Below, in pieces: positions 39,706 through 51,723 of a stretch of DNA of 64,000 nt. The notes under the pieces are model-generated. The model saw only the letters and a program-made list of their open reading frames with translations. It was not told the origin of the DNA and did not search any database. Made by a program: the position numbers and the translations under genes. Where the stretch lies: the NCBI RefSeq assembly GCF_036321535.1, contig NC_087472.1, positions 102,798,001 to 102,862,000 on the forward strand, given 5' to 3'. The DNA is from Camelus dromedarius (taxonomy: Eukaryota). The first letter of the stretch is position 1. Every line of letters begins with the position of its first letter.

Positions 39706-40179
39706 TTATTATTTTTTGGACAAAGCTTTCTTATGGAAACTTGGGAAGCCTGACACATCCCATTAGTTGCTATCAGGTGAAATTAGTCTTTCTGGACAGG
39801 AATGACTTGAGTACAACAGACAACAGCCACTGTTGGTTGACCTCATTTGTATACCACGAGAAAGGAAAAAGAATCAATTGTGTGGTGAGTTCTATGATGA
39901 TTCTTGGCCAATAAGGGTGAGCAGTCCTGCAAGGCTAATATCCTGAACTCTTACACTCCCAGCCCTTGGAGCACAGGGATAGGACACTGAGGGACCTTGC
40001 CACTCTATATGGGCAGAGTTTAGGTCCAAATGACAAAGGTGGTGAACACAGGCCACATAAGGAAAGAATTCCAAGGCTCTCAACCCAGAAGCTTTGGGGA
40101 AATGTGTAGACATCACCAGACGGCACAGAAAAAATATCAAGCCTCTTATGGATTTCTTCACAGCAAATGATATCCTCTG

Positions 40180-40340
40180 CCAGTGGTCACCAATTGAATG
40201 TGCGTCGGATTCACTCGGGGATCTGGTAAAATGCTGATGCCATAGGTGTGAGGCCGGGCACAAGAGTCTGCATTTTCAGCTAGCTACCAGGTGATGGTGA
40301 CAGCTGGCCCACAGACTGTACTTTAAGTAGCAATATCCTG
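40180..40340. mobile_element. MER5A-like MITE
   Basis: CAGTGGTCACCAA...GATCTGGTAAAATGC...TCTGCATTTT...CCAGGTGATG. Confidence 0.65.
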
Positions 40341-41699
40341 GAAAAACTCTACAGTCACATAGACTGTTCTAGCAAATAGTACACTAGTGAGTCAGAGCAA
40401 GTCTAGTCCCTCTGAGAGGCCCTGAGGTGAGAGGGACACTGGGAAACACACTGGGTAAATGTCAAAGTTGACAAGTGATCTGGAGCAAAATGCTTGACCT
40501 CCTCGACCTCACCTCTGGGAAGAGTGTGTGTGGGGGGTGCTTTTGTAAATCCATTTGTATAATTTTAAACACAGTTCAGTCCATATTCAAGGGACAGGAC
40601 CCCTGCTTTTGTGTCATTTTCTTGACAAAATATTATCCCATCTCTCTTGCATTAGAAGCCATTATTTATCAACATTGAACCCAGTGAGGAGGAAGATTCT
40701 CTGCCTGGTGTGTTATAAGATAGTGCCAAGTGATTTACCTTCCCTCTAGCAGAAGGGCCTGATGAACCTCTCCTCATCCACGTCATCTTCAAGCCAATAA
40801 GTTTTCATCTTCCCAAAGCCTGATGACTGCGTGGAAACACACATCATGATACTTTCCTTTAACTTCCTCATTTGTCAGATGTGGGGTTGTGTCTGGGCAT
40901 TCTCTGGGGGTGTCCTCCAACTCCAATAATTCATGACTCTCAGAGAATATTAAATTCTCAATACTATAATCTGTGCATTAATAGAGCTTTCTTTTCTGAC
41001 ACGAGAGGCAGCTTACAAAGAGAGTTCAGAGTATTTCTAATAGGAAAAATCACCTGGGCTTTGGGTGGAGCTCTGAGCAATTAACACATACTAATCTTAA
41101 ATGTCAATTTGGATTTTTATGCCCTGGGTGCCTCAAAGATTTTAGTCTCCTTGTCTTCCCATCTAATCCAGGAAAACTAGAGATACGGGGTCTACTTTAG
41201 GGGCAAATATGAATCATCACTATTAGCTATTAAAAGTGGTGACACTTTCAGGGGGCATTTACAGTTTAACCGTGGGCTGAACATGCCACACGTCTTGGGG
41301 GCGGGGGTGCATGGCAGATGGAATGGTGATACATCTGGGGAACAGAGAACCTTCTCCCAAATAACCTCATGGTGGTTATACACACCCCAACTCTGGAGCG
41401 CCCTTGGCCTGGTGGTCAGTGTGCCCCTCTGGGAACTGGCTGACTGATCTGATGGGCGGGCCTGGTTACCACTTCTCACCTAGGGCGCAGGGGGCATGGA
41501 CAGCCCCCATCTGCAGCCAGTCGTTGTGTCGTTTCTTTGCTGCTTTCCTGCTCTCTGATGATTAGGATTATCCCAGAAAGCAGAGGCTCTCAAACTTTGG
41601 TATTCAAGCCCTAAAGAGAAAAATTTGGAATAACTGTCAAAATGATGAAGGTATATGGTCTGTTTCTGCAATTCCACATTTAAGATTTTTTTCCTACAG

Positions 41700-42190
41700 C
41701 AACACTTGCTCATGCATGAAATTATATATGGTATTCATTGCAACAGTGTTCATAATAGCAAGATATTGGAAACAACCTAAATGTTCATCAATGGTGGACT
41801 GGATAAATAAATTAGGAGGTATTTTGTAGCTGTAAGAAAAATGAGGAAGAACTTTCCTTATATAACAGGGAAAGATCTCCAAGATACGGTGTGTACTGAA
41901 GCAAGCAAGGGGCAAAACAATGCATATAATATACTACCATTTCTGTAAACTGGTGGTGGGATGCAGGAAAGCACATATTTGTATTTATTTGCATATGCAT
42001 AAATAATGTCCAGAGGTACACACATATACGAAACTAGTAACAATAACCACCCTTTGGAGGAAGGTGGTGATGGATGCTGAAAACTGTGAGGACAGGGCAG
42101 CCTCGTGTCTTTTCACTGAATACCTTTTTGTGCTTTCAATTTTGAATCATGAGAATGTCTTACCTATTCAAAAGTTAAATATATCTATTT
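41700..42190 (+). mobile_element. Old L1M 3' fragment
   Basis: TTCATAATAGCAAGATATTGGAAACAACCTAAATGTTCATCAATGGTGGACTGGATAAATAAATT. Confidence 0.8.
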
Positions 42191-42382
42191 TAAAAACTTA
42201 ATAAAACAAAATTCAAGTGTTCTGAGGAATCCCTGGGGGTGCTTTAAAATGCAGATTTTTTAGGTCACACCTTCAGATGTGCCAGAGTCAGTAGGGGTGG
42301 AATTGGGGAATCTGCATTTTGCAACCAGTGGCCTGGGTGATTCTGATATAGATGGTTCTGGAACCATCTATGGGGCATATAG

Positions 42383-42467
42383 CCACAGACTACATACATG
42401 CAAGAGCTATATTTTTTATTGAACATTGCATACATGCATCTGTCCATTTCATAAGTTATGCTTTATT
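42383..42467 (-). terminator. Candidate distal cleavage/polyadenylation site
   Basis: Minus strand reads AATAAA (42415-42420), 14 nt, CA (42399-42400), then GU-rich TGTATGTAGTCTGTGG. A second AATAAA (42462-42467) and a TGTA lie upstream. Confidence 0.55.
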
Positions 42468-45400
42468 ATATTAAGAAATAAAACACATTTCTTATCTTCT
42501 ATGACTTGAATATTCAGTTTACTACACTGGATTTGACCTAATGTCATACAGACTAGGTACAATGTGATAGAAGCACTGGGAACGTTTCTTGAAAAATCAG
42601 AATACAATCAATAAGCACACTTCAGAGATAGAATTTTACATGGTCACACAGTTAAGTTTGCACATTTAAAAGGATCTGAATCATTCATATTATTATTGTG
42701 AATTTCTTATAAATAATTCATTACTCTAAGGAGTCTAGGCAAAGCCAAGTCATGACATTATTTATACTACATACCACACCTGGAACTTGTTCTGAGTTAT
42801 TTAATACAGAGCACATTTTTAATGCAATAAATATTTACAGTTAATAGTAACAAGTACAATTATAATTTACAAAATATGAGTCTAATATTTAAAACAAAAC
42901 AGAAAATGACATTTAAGAAGTTTATGCCAGATATTTTTACAACTCACTGAATTGACCATTTCAACAAATTTTATTACCCAAAACCCTGCTGACTTGGATG
43001 CAAAAAGGTCATGTTAAAATCAGTCAAGTGCAAATTACAGAGAAAAAATTTTTTGAATAAAATCAGTTTTACTTCCTTAATGATGTACATGGTCACTATT
43101 GATATATCAGTATCAATAGCTAAAACGGAAGCAAAGTGGTGAAAAAAATCTGAGTTCACAACAGGCCCAAATTGTATAATGTACTTTGAACACTAAAATC
43201 CTGGATTATACCCAAATTTTCAAGCTTGTCTGGGAATTAATGAGGTGTTGAATGTGTGAGGGTATACTATCCATTAAAATGATTATTTTAAAAGAACATA
43301 AAATTACGTGAGTCCTTCCATGGTATTATATTGCTCTGGGAATGAAATTTAAATTGGGGGAAAAAAAGAAAATAATGTTATCTTCTACAATATGAGCTCA
43401 GAGAGGGCAGAGAGACAGTGGTGTCTGGGATTGTAACATGGCACTTGGGATTAGGCCCTCAGATACCAAAGTCTATACCTGAGCCCATGACTTGGTCCCT
43501 TAGTCCAGGAGATATTTTTCTATTAGACGCTATTCATGTAGCCTGGGTCTCCAGGCTCCAGGAAGCCATCCACGGTCGTATCTTACTCTCTGGGGGCAGA
43601 AGCAGGGAAGTGGGTGGTTCCACCTCTTCCTGAAACCTTTTCTCCAACTAATCCTGATTCAAAGATGATGCCTGGACTGACTATTCTCATTCGGGGCCTC
43701 TCTCTGTACATGGCCCTTTGCCAAGGTTTTTTCCTCCTCGATTAGTCATAGAACAAGGTGGAAAATTCTTCCCAGGGCCTCTGGTTGAAACTGAATTGTG
43801 TCTCTGGGAGCAACTGAACTAAGGGACTTCTATCCACCTACTTTGTACTGTATTTCAACCTCGGCCTGCAGCAAGTCCTTAACTTAGGTGCTTAGAAACA
43901 TCTTCAATGCCTCTGTGTATATTCTTTGACTTTATCATGAGTTCAGGCCTTTGGACAAAATCTAGAGTAGGGCACAGGCCGGTCCATGAGGTCCAATGAA
44001 GTGAATTTCTCACATGGGTGGATCTGGGAAGCACTGCTGAGCAGTGGAGCAGCCGCGGACGTAAGAGAGATACAGGTCGGCGTGAATACTGTCATTGACC
44101 TGTGTCAGGTCGCCTTGGGAGAGAGAAGAGATCTCCAGGAGCCTCAGCTTCATCTTCTGAATGCTCTTCAGCGTGCTTGTGAGGATGAAGCAGTGTGCTT
44201 AGCATCCGGCACGTCATCGGTGCTTGGCGAAGCCGAGCCCCTTCCTTCCAGCACTTCTAGAGCCACAGAACTCCATTCGGACAATGACACCATTCACTCC
44301 CTTGTGCCAAGTTAAACAGACTCACTTGGCAGGCAGCAGGCTATCCTGTAACCGGGGAAGTGACGATCAGCGCTGTTCTTCAGTATCATAGAATGGGCCG
44401 TGAGAATGAATAAGATCAGGTTATACTGAAATTTATGAAATCACCATTTTGTATGTCAAATCTGGCCCAGTCTTTGCAGTTTCATGTTTCAGCCTCATAG
44501 TTCCATGGGCCTTTTAATCTAATAGTGGATGGTCACTAGTCAGTGTTATTTACAAATGTCCACAGTAAATAAAGGATGTAAAGCAGCTCTTAGGCCAGCA
44601 GGGGAGGCTTGGAGTAGATGAGGCAATGGGTATAAAAGTGCTTTGTGGGCCATGAACACTAGGGCAATGCAAAGTATTGTTTGAATTGTGAACATGTAAT
44701 ATTTTAACCGAGGGGCTCTTATTTAAAGTTTAAAAAAAATTAGATAAATTCCACGGAATGCATTTCTAACGTGAAGCTTCACATGAGAAAAGTTTGTTTT
44801 CAGTGTGCAATTTGTTGATTACTGAAGTTAATGCTTAGCCCTCACCTAGAAGGGCATCTGGGAAGGCCAAAGTCACGGTAAGAGATTGCCTAATATTACA
44901 GTTGTTTCTGTGTTGGCGCATGCGTGCGCATGTGTGTGTTAGGGGGTGGTTGTTGAGATGGGGGCCAAGAGAAATGACCATCCAGATAGTTTGTTAGGGT
45001 TTGGTTTCATTGAATAGTTCATACAAAGCTTAGTCCCAGGAAAGTGAATAATTCCTTTGTTTTCAGCTGCTAATCCACTTTATGAAAATTCAGCCAAAAA
45101 TTAGACAGATGTGTTCCATTTCTCCCAGCAACCCAGGGTTAATTCTAATTTTTTTTTTTTTTTAAATTAAGGTACTGGGGATTGAACCCAGGACCTCATG
45201 CATGCTTAGCATGCGCTCTACCACTGGACTATTTCCCTCCCCAGTACTAAGCTACTCTTTAACAACAGCTCCTTCCTGATGTTGGTGTGAAAGGCACAAA
45301 TGGCAAGAAAGTTTGCACTGCTCCCCCCATCTCACCACAACACAGTGTGTACAATTATTCAACTTCCATACAGTCAGCTTCCCAGGGCCATAGTTTCTAT

Positions 45401-48400
45401 CTGGCTCCTAGGAAAAGTGACTTAGCCATCTTGCAGTCCACAGATTGAGGATGTCATTCAATTTGTAGTCTCCAAACAAAACTAATCACTATTACCAGAA
45501 GCCACTTGGTGCATGAACAGAGGTCTAGGCCAATAACCAACTGCTACTCTAGGCATAAACGAAGACTTTATAACAAGTGTGCCTGTGGAAAAGTTCATTG
45601 GTTTCTATTCAACGTATGTTTTCATAACAAGTTGAACTTGGTTCATGTGAAGCAGCCTCTAAGCTGTTTATTTATCTAAGGGTTCTCCATCCTTCAAGAT
45701 TAAACCAAATTGTGGGGCAAAGTGGGAAATCCAGGGCTTGGCAATGAGGAGGAAGGCCAGGTTCAATGAGGAGAGAGGGTGAGGGCAGCCAGAGGACAGG
45801 GGTTAGCCATCCACATTCATGGAGGCTCCTCCCCTCAATGGCAGGACAAGGCCCTGACTGCGCCATGCAGGGAGGATCATCTTGCTGCAGAACATCCCTC
45901 CTAACAGCGGCCGTACCTTCCCTGCCAGCAGTAGCTGTTGGTGGGAAGACTGCTTCCTTTATTGCTTAATCTATCACTGTTGAGCTGCCTGCCTCAGGGA
46001 GGCTCAATTTAAGATAGATTGAAAGGTAGTGTCTGTCAATTGAATAAACACAGATGGTTTTCCACAGCCAAAATTGATTTTTCCCCCTCACCAAAGATAT
46101 AAGCACTAAACGTGATTATCTTTGGAAGCCAGGCGTGCAATGTCTTAGCTCCAGCCCCTGCCACGCTCTCCCCTAGCAGAGAGGTGATACCACATGGGGG
46201 CTTGGATCTCTCTCACCAAGATTATAGGTTCTGAAGGAGAAATAAAAATTTGACTTCCCTAGAGAAGGGCCCAGCTAAGTTCATCTGAAACAAAAGGTTT
46301 GAGTCAATCCATCAGTAGATTCACAAAATAATTTGACCAATCCTAGGTCACCGGCTGGCAAAGGCCTCCTCCAACCCTTTCACTTAAGAGTCTCAAAGAG
46401 GTGATAGGATTTGCCTAAGAACACACAGCTAGACATAGACATTGATCTCCTGTTTATCCAGAAGCTAGAAAGGAGGCCAGAGGCAGTCTATGCCATGGTG
46501 CTAACTGAAGGATAAGACCGACTCCCAAAATGGCTTTGGAAGCAGGTAGAACAGAGATGTCGAACAAGTCATGTTAGGAACACAGAGTGCTATACACCTT
46601 AGCAACTAACCAGGTATGGAGTCACTCATACTCAAGAGTGTTGGAGCAAGCCAAGGGTAGAATTATGGAGCAGTCATTCAAGATAACAGGGGCATGGAGG
46701 TTGACAAAGGGTCAATAGCAAGAGTACTCTTTGTACAATGAGGAGATAGCAATATGTTTTTTTCTGTCTCTTTCAGCTCTAACTACAAAATATGACAAGC
46801 TAATGGGACATCATTCATACAAATTACTCCAAGCCATAGAATAGTCTTTTTTTCCTCCCATTCCGCTAATGGGAACATGAGTGTAGAACGTGGTTGAAGG
46901 ATTTCTCAAGAGGAGCTGTTGCAAAGGTAGCAGAAGTGAGGCAGCTGTGAGCAGGTGGCTACATAAGGGCTTAAGAGACAGAACTAGAAACAATGATGGA
47001 GCTCAGAGGATCTTAGCAATAGAAGGGACTGTCCTCTGATTCTAGAGATGAAAAAAAATGATAGCCAAGGTCATACAGCTAGAGACAGAGTTAGGACATC
47101 AAGCTTAAAATCTGGTCCTTTCAGCTACACTACCTGTCTTCTTTCAAACTGGCCCCTCTAATTAAGGAGCGCTGGGGAAGCAGGTGTGTACAGTACATAA
47201 GTGCACACGGCCAGTAGAAGTGCAGAGTTCACTCCAGCTCATACAACCATAAACACAGATCTTTACAATGGTCTAGGTCCTAACTTCAAAGCTCTGCAGT
47301 GAGCGCCTCCTTGTATCAAAAAAGAAAAATCTTTTAAAATGTGCCATGTAGAAATGAGAGCTGACTGTTCTATCTCACCTGGATAGAGAAAACCACAACT
47401 AAAACTGTCTTAGGGTGGGAGGGCACATTTGCAGAATTTGGACTTATCTGAAAGCGGGTTAACACGTTTGCAATCTGTCAGAATTGGCCTGTCCTTGAGT
47501 CAACAAAAACTTGACTCAGGATTTCTAAAGTAAGAGAGTCAAAATCTTTTACTCACTTAAAATGAAAAAGATTTAAGTCCAGTATTTTTCTGCACATGGG
47601 CTGTTTCCTAAATACTCTTAAGTAGAAAGTTAATGTAGCTGTTTTTCAATTGGTTCTTAAAGCTAAGAGCCCTGCAACTTTTTTACACATGTTCAGACAA
47701 AAACACATTATTATTGGCATTGTATTCATTTCCTGCAACAGACTTTAGGTGAAGCAGACGTTAAATGTAAACGTGTTTCTATTTCCACAATAAATGTAAA
47801 TGTGTTTCTATTTCCGCTCGAACATGATCCCTTTCTTCTCATGTGAAACTACTGCTTCAATGCAGCAGACAATGACAGCCAAATAGAAGTAAACACATTT
47901 GGCTGAAAACTTATATACCAAACAAAACAAAACAAAAAAACTATACTTTATGCACTTAATAAATATTTGATGAATTTGATAACATGATCAGTTTTCCCCC
48001 AAAAGGATTTCTCTGATATGGTGGAACTGTACCATCGATGATGATAGTTGGGTAACAGCAAAAAGGACCTCCATCATGTTAGAATTCAGAGTGTGAGATA
48101 CCACTCCACAGCCACATCTGGACATTGATACAAATGTCAACGTGTTTGGTTGTGTTTTTGTCTTAAAATGACGCAGTGAATGTTTCTCCTATGTCCTTAG
48201 CAATGTCTTTAAAAAACAATCAACACTCTGGGATTTGTTTTAAATTGGCTTCCAGTGTTATCAATTTGGGGACTGTCCCTTATCATGAGACTCTCCTGGA
48301 GTTGACTTTTTGTGCTACGAGTGTAAAAAAAAGTTCCTTGGTTTGTGACTATAAATATTCCTGAACAATGACTGAAACCATATTTTTAAAGCACTAGCTT

Positions 48401-48812
48401 CTGCTTAAAGAAACGACAGGGTGAAGTCTTTCACAAAGTGGACATTCAGTGTACAATTTCTGCTATATAAATCTGGCTGTTCATATAGTTTCTATGACTT
48501 AGTGGACCACATCTGGATATCAGGGTTTAATGATTAAAATAATGATTTCCTACCTGGTCCCTTTTCTAAAAGGGGGAACGTGTATTCTACATTGGAAGTG
48601 TCATTCACAAGTTGAAATGGAAAACATAAACCTTGATGGGCCTTTCAAACATAATAGTGACCCATTTGGGCCTCTACACAACCCACCTACACCACTTACG
48701 AGCCTTCCAAAAGGTCTTTTGAGGATACAGAGACAATCACAGATGCGAGGGTTCCTTATGGGTCATAAAGCAAAACTAGGGGTCTCTAGGCAGGGCAGGA
48801 TCAAGGGTCAGT
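42399..48812 (-). other. GRPR: GRPR 3'UTR (proximal part certain; extension to 42399 inferred)
   Basis: Follows the stop codon. Minus-strand hexamers: ATTAAA 48526-48531, CATAAA 47947-47952, AATAAA 45958-45963, 45667-45672, 42970-42975, 42462-42467 and 42415-42420. The last has the most complete context. Confidence 0.5.
45149..45242 (-). mobile_element. tRNA-derived SINE (Vic-1-like, short form)
   Basis: A poly-T run followed by GGTACTGGGGATTGAACCCAGGACCTCATGCATGCTTAGCATGCGCTCTACCACTG. Confidence 0.85.
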
Positions 48813-49202
48813 CTAGACATACCCCTCGTGACAGATGTTTCCGTTGATGAGGCTGAAGGTGGCCACAGAGGGGTTGGTGCTCTTGAATGAGGTCATGCAG
48901 GTGGTGCTCCTACCGGTGCTGTGAGACCGGGTCATCAGGCCGGGCCGGCAACAGAGGAGCTGGGTGTTGAACTGCTTCCTGAAACTCTTGCTCAGCAGGT
49001 AGAGGGCAAAAGGGTTCACGCAGGAGTTGGTGAAGGCCAGGAGGCGGGCACAGATGCTGGTGACAAAGTGGAGCATGGAGGTGTCCACTTCGGAGTAGTG
49101 GTAAGAGCGGTACAGGTAGATGACATGGTTGGGGAGCCAGCAGAAGGCAAAGAGGCCCACGAACACCAGCACTGTCTTAGCCAGGCGCTTTCGGGATTCG
49201 AT
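48813..49202 (-). CDS. GRPR: GRPR coding exon 3 (TM6, TM7, C-terminal tail, stop)
   Basis: Acceptor ...ctctccacag|ATC GAA TCC CGA, in phase 0 with exon 2. Translation [29 protein letters not shown]...[31 protein letters not shown]...[10 protein letters not shown], then TAG at 48813-48815. 390 nt; CWLP and NPFALY GPCR motifs present. Confidence 0.98.
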   Translation of the reverse strand: MESRKRLAKTVLVFVGLFAFCWLPNHVIYLYRSYHYSEVDTSMLHFVTSICARLLAFTNSCVNPFALYLLSKSFRKQFNTQLLCCRPGLMTRSHSTGRSTTCMTSFKSTNPSVATFSLINGNICHEGYV

Positions 49203-50764
49203 CTGTGGAGAGAGTCACCCAGAGAGAGACAGGGGGACCGAGGGACAGGGTGGGGGAACACAGAGACAAAGACAGGGAAAAGGAATTTGGGAAATAGACG
49301 GGCTCACAAAGTCACAGAAAACGAGTTCCATAAGAGAGAGAGAGAAAGGAGGGAAAAGCAACAGAAACAGAGAAAGCAAGCAAGTTAGAAACACAGAAAG
49401 GGAAAGGCCGGGAAGCAGAAATCAATGAGGTAGAGTACCGTTAGAACGTGCCACTGAGAGCAGATCTTCACACAAAGTGGATTACGCGCTTCAGCGGACA
49501 CACAATGAAATTCTAGTAAGTGCCCTCTTTTTCCTCAGGAGAGCATTGGTGCAGTTATCAAGCATATGACTTCAGGCCTTTTAGCTCCACAGTTAATAAT
49601 TTCTTTTTCCCTCTGATGCTTGAAAAAGTGGCCAGCTTTGTCCTTCCTCAATGGCCAAAGCAAGGTAACTGCCTATTATTACCTTTTTTACTCTCAAGTT
49701 ATTTCTGGTCTGTACTATATAGAAAGGGTCTTAGACCAAGCAGGCTGAGTATCTCCTTTGTTCCCAACTCCCCCTGCTACTGCAAGGGAAACATCATTCT
49801 CATTAAAGAATTTGGGGTACAATGGATGTGCACTATTGAGAGGACTTTCAAGCAGGGAGATAGTTTCACTGAGAAGTGCCACTCTCCCCCCCATAATTGA
49901 GCGGGGAAAAAAGAATTTTAGAGGGTGCAGCCCCCAACTGAGTCAGCTATACATTTTAAATGGATGGAGAGTCTTTCTGCTTTTCCATCACAAATATCGC
50001 ATGATCTACATTTGGACTAGAAGGCAAAAACTGACAAAGAGGAGAAAGCCAGAGCCCTGGTTTCTACCATTTAAAGCCTGAGGGTGAAATCGTGGGGGTG
50101 ACAGGGCAGGGGATAGGGAAGGAAGTCTAACACATACAGAGGGCATCCTGCATTCTGGGCAACCTAGGGGTACATATGCTCTCTCTTGTAATCCTCCAAT
50201 GGCCTTACAAGATAAGAGTTATGACCCTACATCATGGATGAGAAATTGACACTTACAGAGGGTAAGTGAGTAAGTCAGGAAGTCTGGATTTGAACTCACA
50301 TCAATGCGAACCCATCTTAATCAAACTATTTCTTTTTCTTCAACTGGCCTCATTTTCCTGCCCCTTCTGCTTTATCACATGTGGTAACCCTCTTCGTATC
50401 CAAGCAATGTGATTGGAGTTCAAAGAAGTCATATCCCTGTAAGCCTCAACATTTTATTTTATTTTTTAAAACAACACTTTTTCAGATATTTCTCAAAAAG
50501 AAACCCATACTCCAAATCTTTCAGGTTCTCAACACCTCCTAGCTTAGGTCTTTCATAAGAGAACAGGATTCTGAAGAACACCTGAATCCCTGGTCTTCTG
50601 CAGCTAGGCATTCCCATTTACCATCTGGTCGCAGATCACTCACCTCTTCTCATTGCAGAGTCAGGCGACGTGACCACCTAACTACTGGACTTGTCAGTGG
50701 AGTCTAAAAGGAATGCAAGGCATCAAATGCCCAAGGAGGAAATGAATCACTCCTAAGCACCCAC
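49203..50764 (-). other. GRPR: GRPR intron 2 (1562 nt, GT-AG)
   Basis: Canonical GT and AG ends join exons 2 and 3 in frame (KKQ|IES). Confidence 0.95.
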
Positions 50765-51116
50765 CTGCTTCTTGACATGTATGTTCCCTTCCACGGGTAG
50801 ATTGTAAGCACTCTGGATCAGATTTTTGGCAATGAAGTAGTAGTAAACAGAGATGATGGACAGTGGGATGATGTAGAAGACCAGGAAGGAAGCCATGGAG
50901 TGGATCTTGGGGTGCAGCTCATTAGAGTGTGGGTACGGGGCACAGCTAATGAAAGTCTGGTTGGTGCTTTCCTCGTGGAAGGGATGTAGGTCAGAAAACA
51001 CAGCCTCTGGGATGGCCAGAAGCATGGAGATGATCCAGATCAGTGCGGCTTTGAGGCAGATCTTCATCAAAGCATGGGAGGCTTGGATATCCATTGGCCG
51101 CACGATAGCTTTGTAC
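50765..51116 (-). CDS. GRPR: Gastrin-releasing peptide receptor (BB2), coding exon 2 (end of TM3 to ICL3)
   Basis: Minus-strand translation (R)[117 protein letters not shown] matches mammalian GRPR. Acceptor ...ctctttcctgccccag|G (CAG at 51117-51119); donor CAG|gtgggt (GT at 50763-50764). Length 352 nt = 1 nt completing the R of DRY plus 117 codons. Confidence 0.98.
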
Positions 51117-51173
51117 CTGGGGCAGGAAAGAGGGAACATTCTGTGTTAAGTTGCCTAGTATTATTGTGGATGC

Positions 51174-51327
51174 CCGGGCTGGGACTAGGGTGAGGCCAGC
51201 TAGGCACCTGAGGTGCAATACTTAAGGAGGTGCTCATTCTCGGGTTCGACTCTGAACTCACAGTTGAGTGTCTCCTTAAATGTTGCACCCCAAGCACCTT
51301 GCTCACCTTATCCTAGTCCAAGCCCTG
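51174..51327. mobile_element. MER91A-like palindromic hAT-Tip100 MITE
   Basis: Arms GGGCTGGGACTAGGGTGAGG...TTAAGGAGGTGCTCA and TGAGTGTCTCCTTAA...CCTTATCCTAGTCCAAGCCCTG are reverse complements; 8-bp TSD GTGGATGC/AAGGATGC. Confidence 0.85.
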
Positions 51328-51723
51328 AAGGATGCTGTGCACTTTCTCCAGCAGTAACATTCTGGCCATATTCTCTCAGAAAAGCTGAAGCTCCTTTCAG
51401 TTTTCTTCTTAGATCATAGAAATGAATAACAAAGAATGTTTAACAAAGAACACAGGAACAAGAATGTTGGCTTTTTTTCTCTTGGCAAAGCCTTCATTTT
51501 GAGTATTCAAATGCAGTTTAGGAAACCTTTAGTCACCAAGTATTTACATATGCCTCTTTTCTTTTTCAAAGGTTGCAGAACAAATAGTTTGCTAAAAAAG
51601 TTATACACAAGAGCATCCCTGTAATTGTCAAATTAATCTTCCCCCTGCCCTACTTTCTTTCAGCCTCATCTTCTCTTGCAGTATTTAGATCCTTCCTGGT
51701 TTCCATGCTGCTACCTGTGCCCC

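Noticed and set aside
44592..44608. Possible second CTCF motif GGCCAGCAGGGGAGGC
   Set aside because: Lacks the GGC(G/A) 3' core in the right register; weak match.
48813..49030. Non-canonical NPFALY motif and C-terminal differences from human GRPR (e.g. HEGYV)
   Set aside because: NPFALY is normal for bombesin receptors, and as I recall HEGYV also occurs in rodent GRPR; no sign of pseudogenisation.
48921..49428. Plus-strand ORFs of 155 and 102 aa overlapping GRPR exon 3
   Set aside because: Antisense shadows of a GC-rich coding exon and the purine-rich intron tract; no independent evidence of coding.
50753..51139. ORF-track start (MFPLSCP) and end (VGA) of the exon 2 ORF
   Set aside because: These residues are intronic read-through beyond the splice sites at 51116 and 50765.
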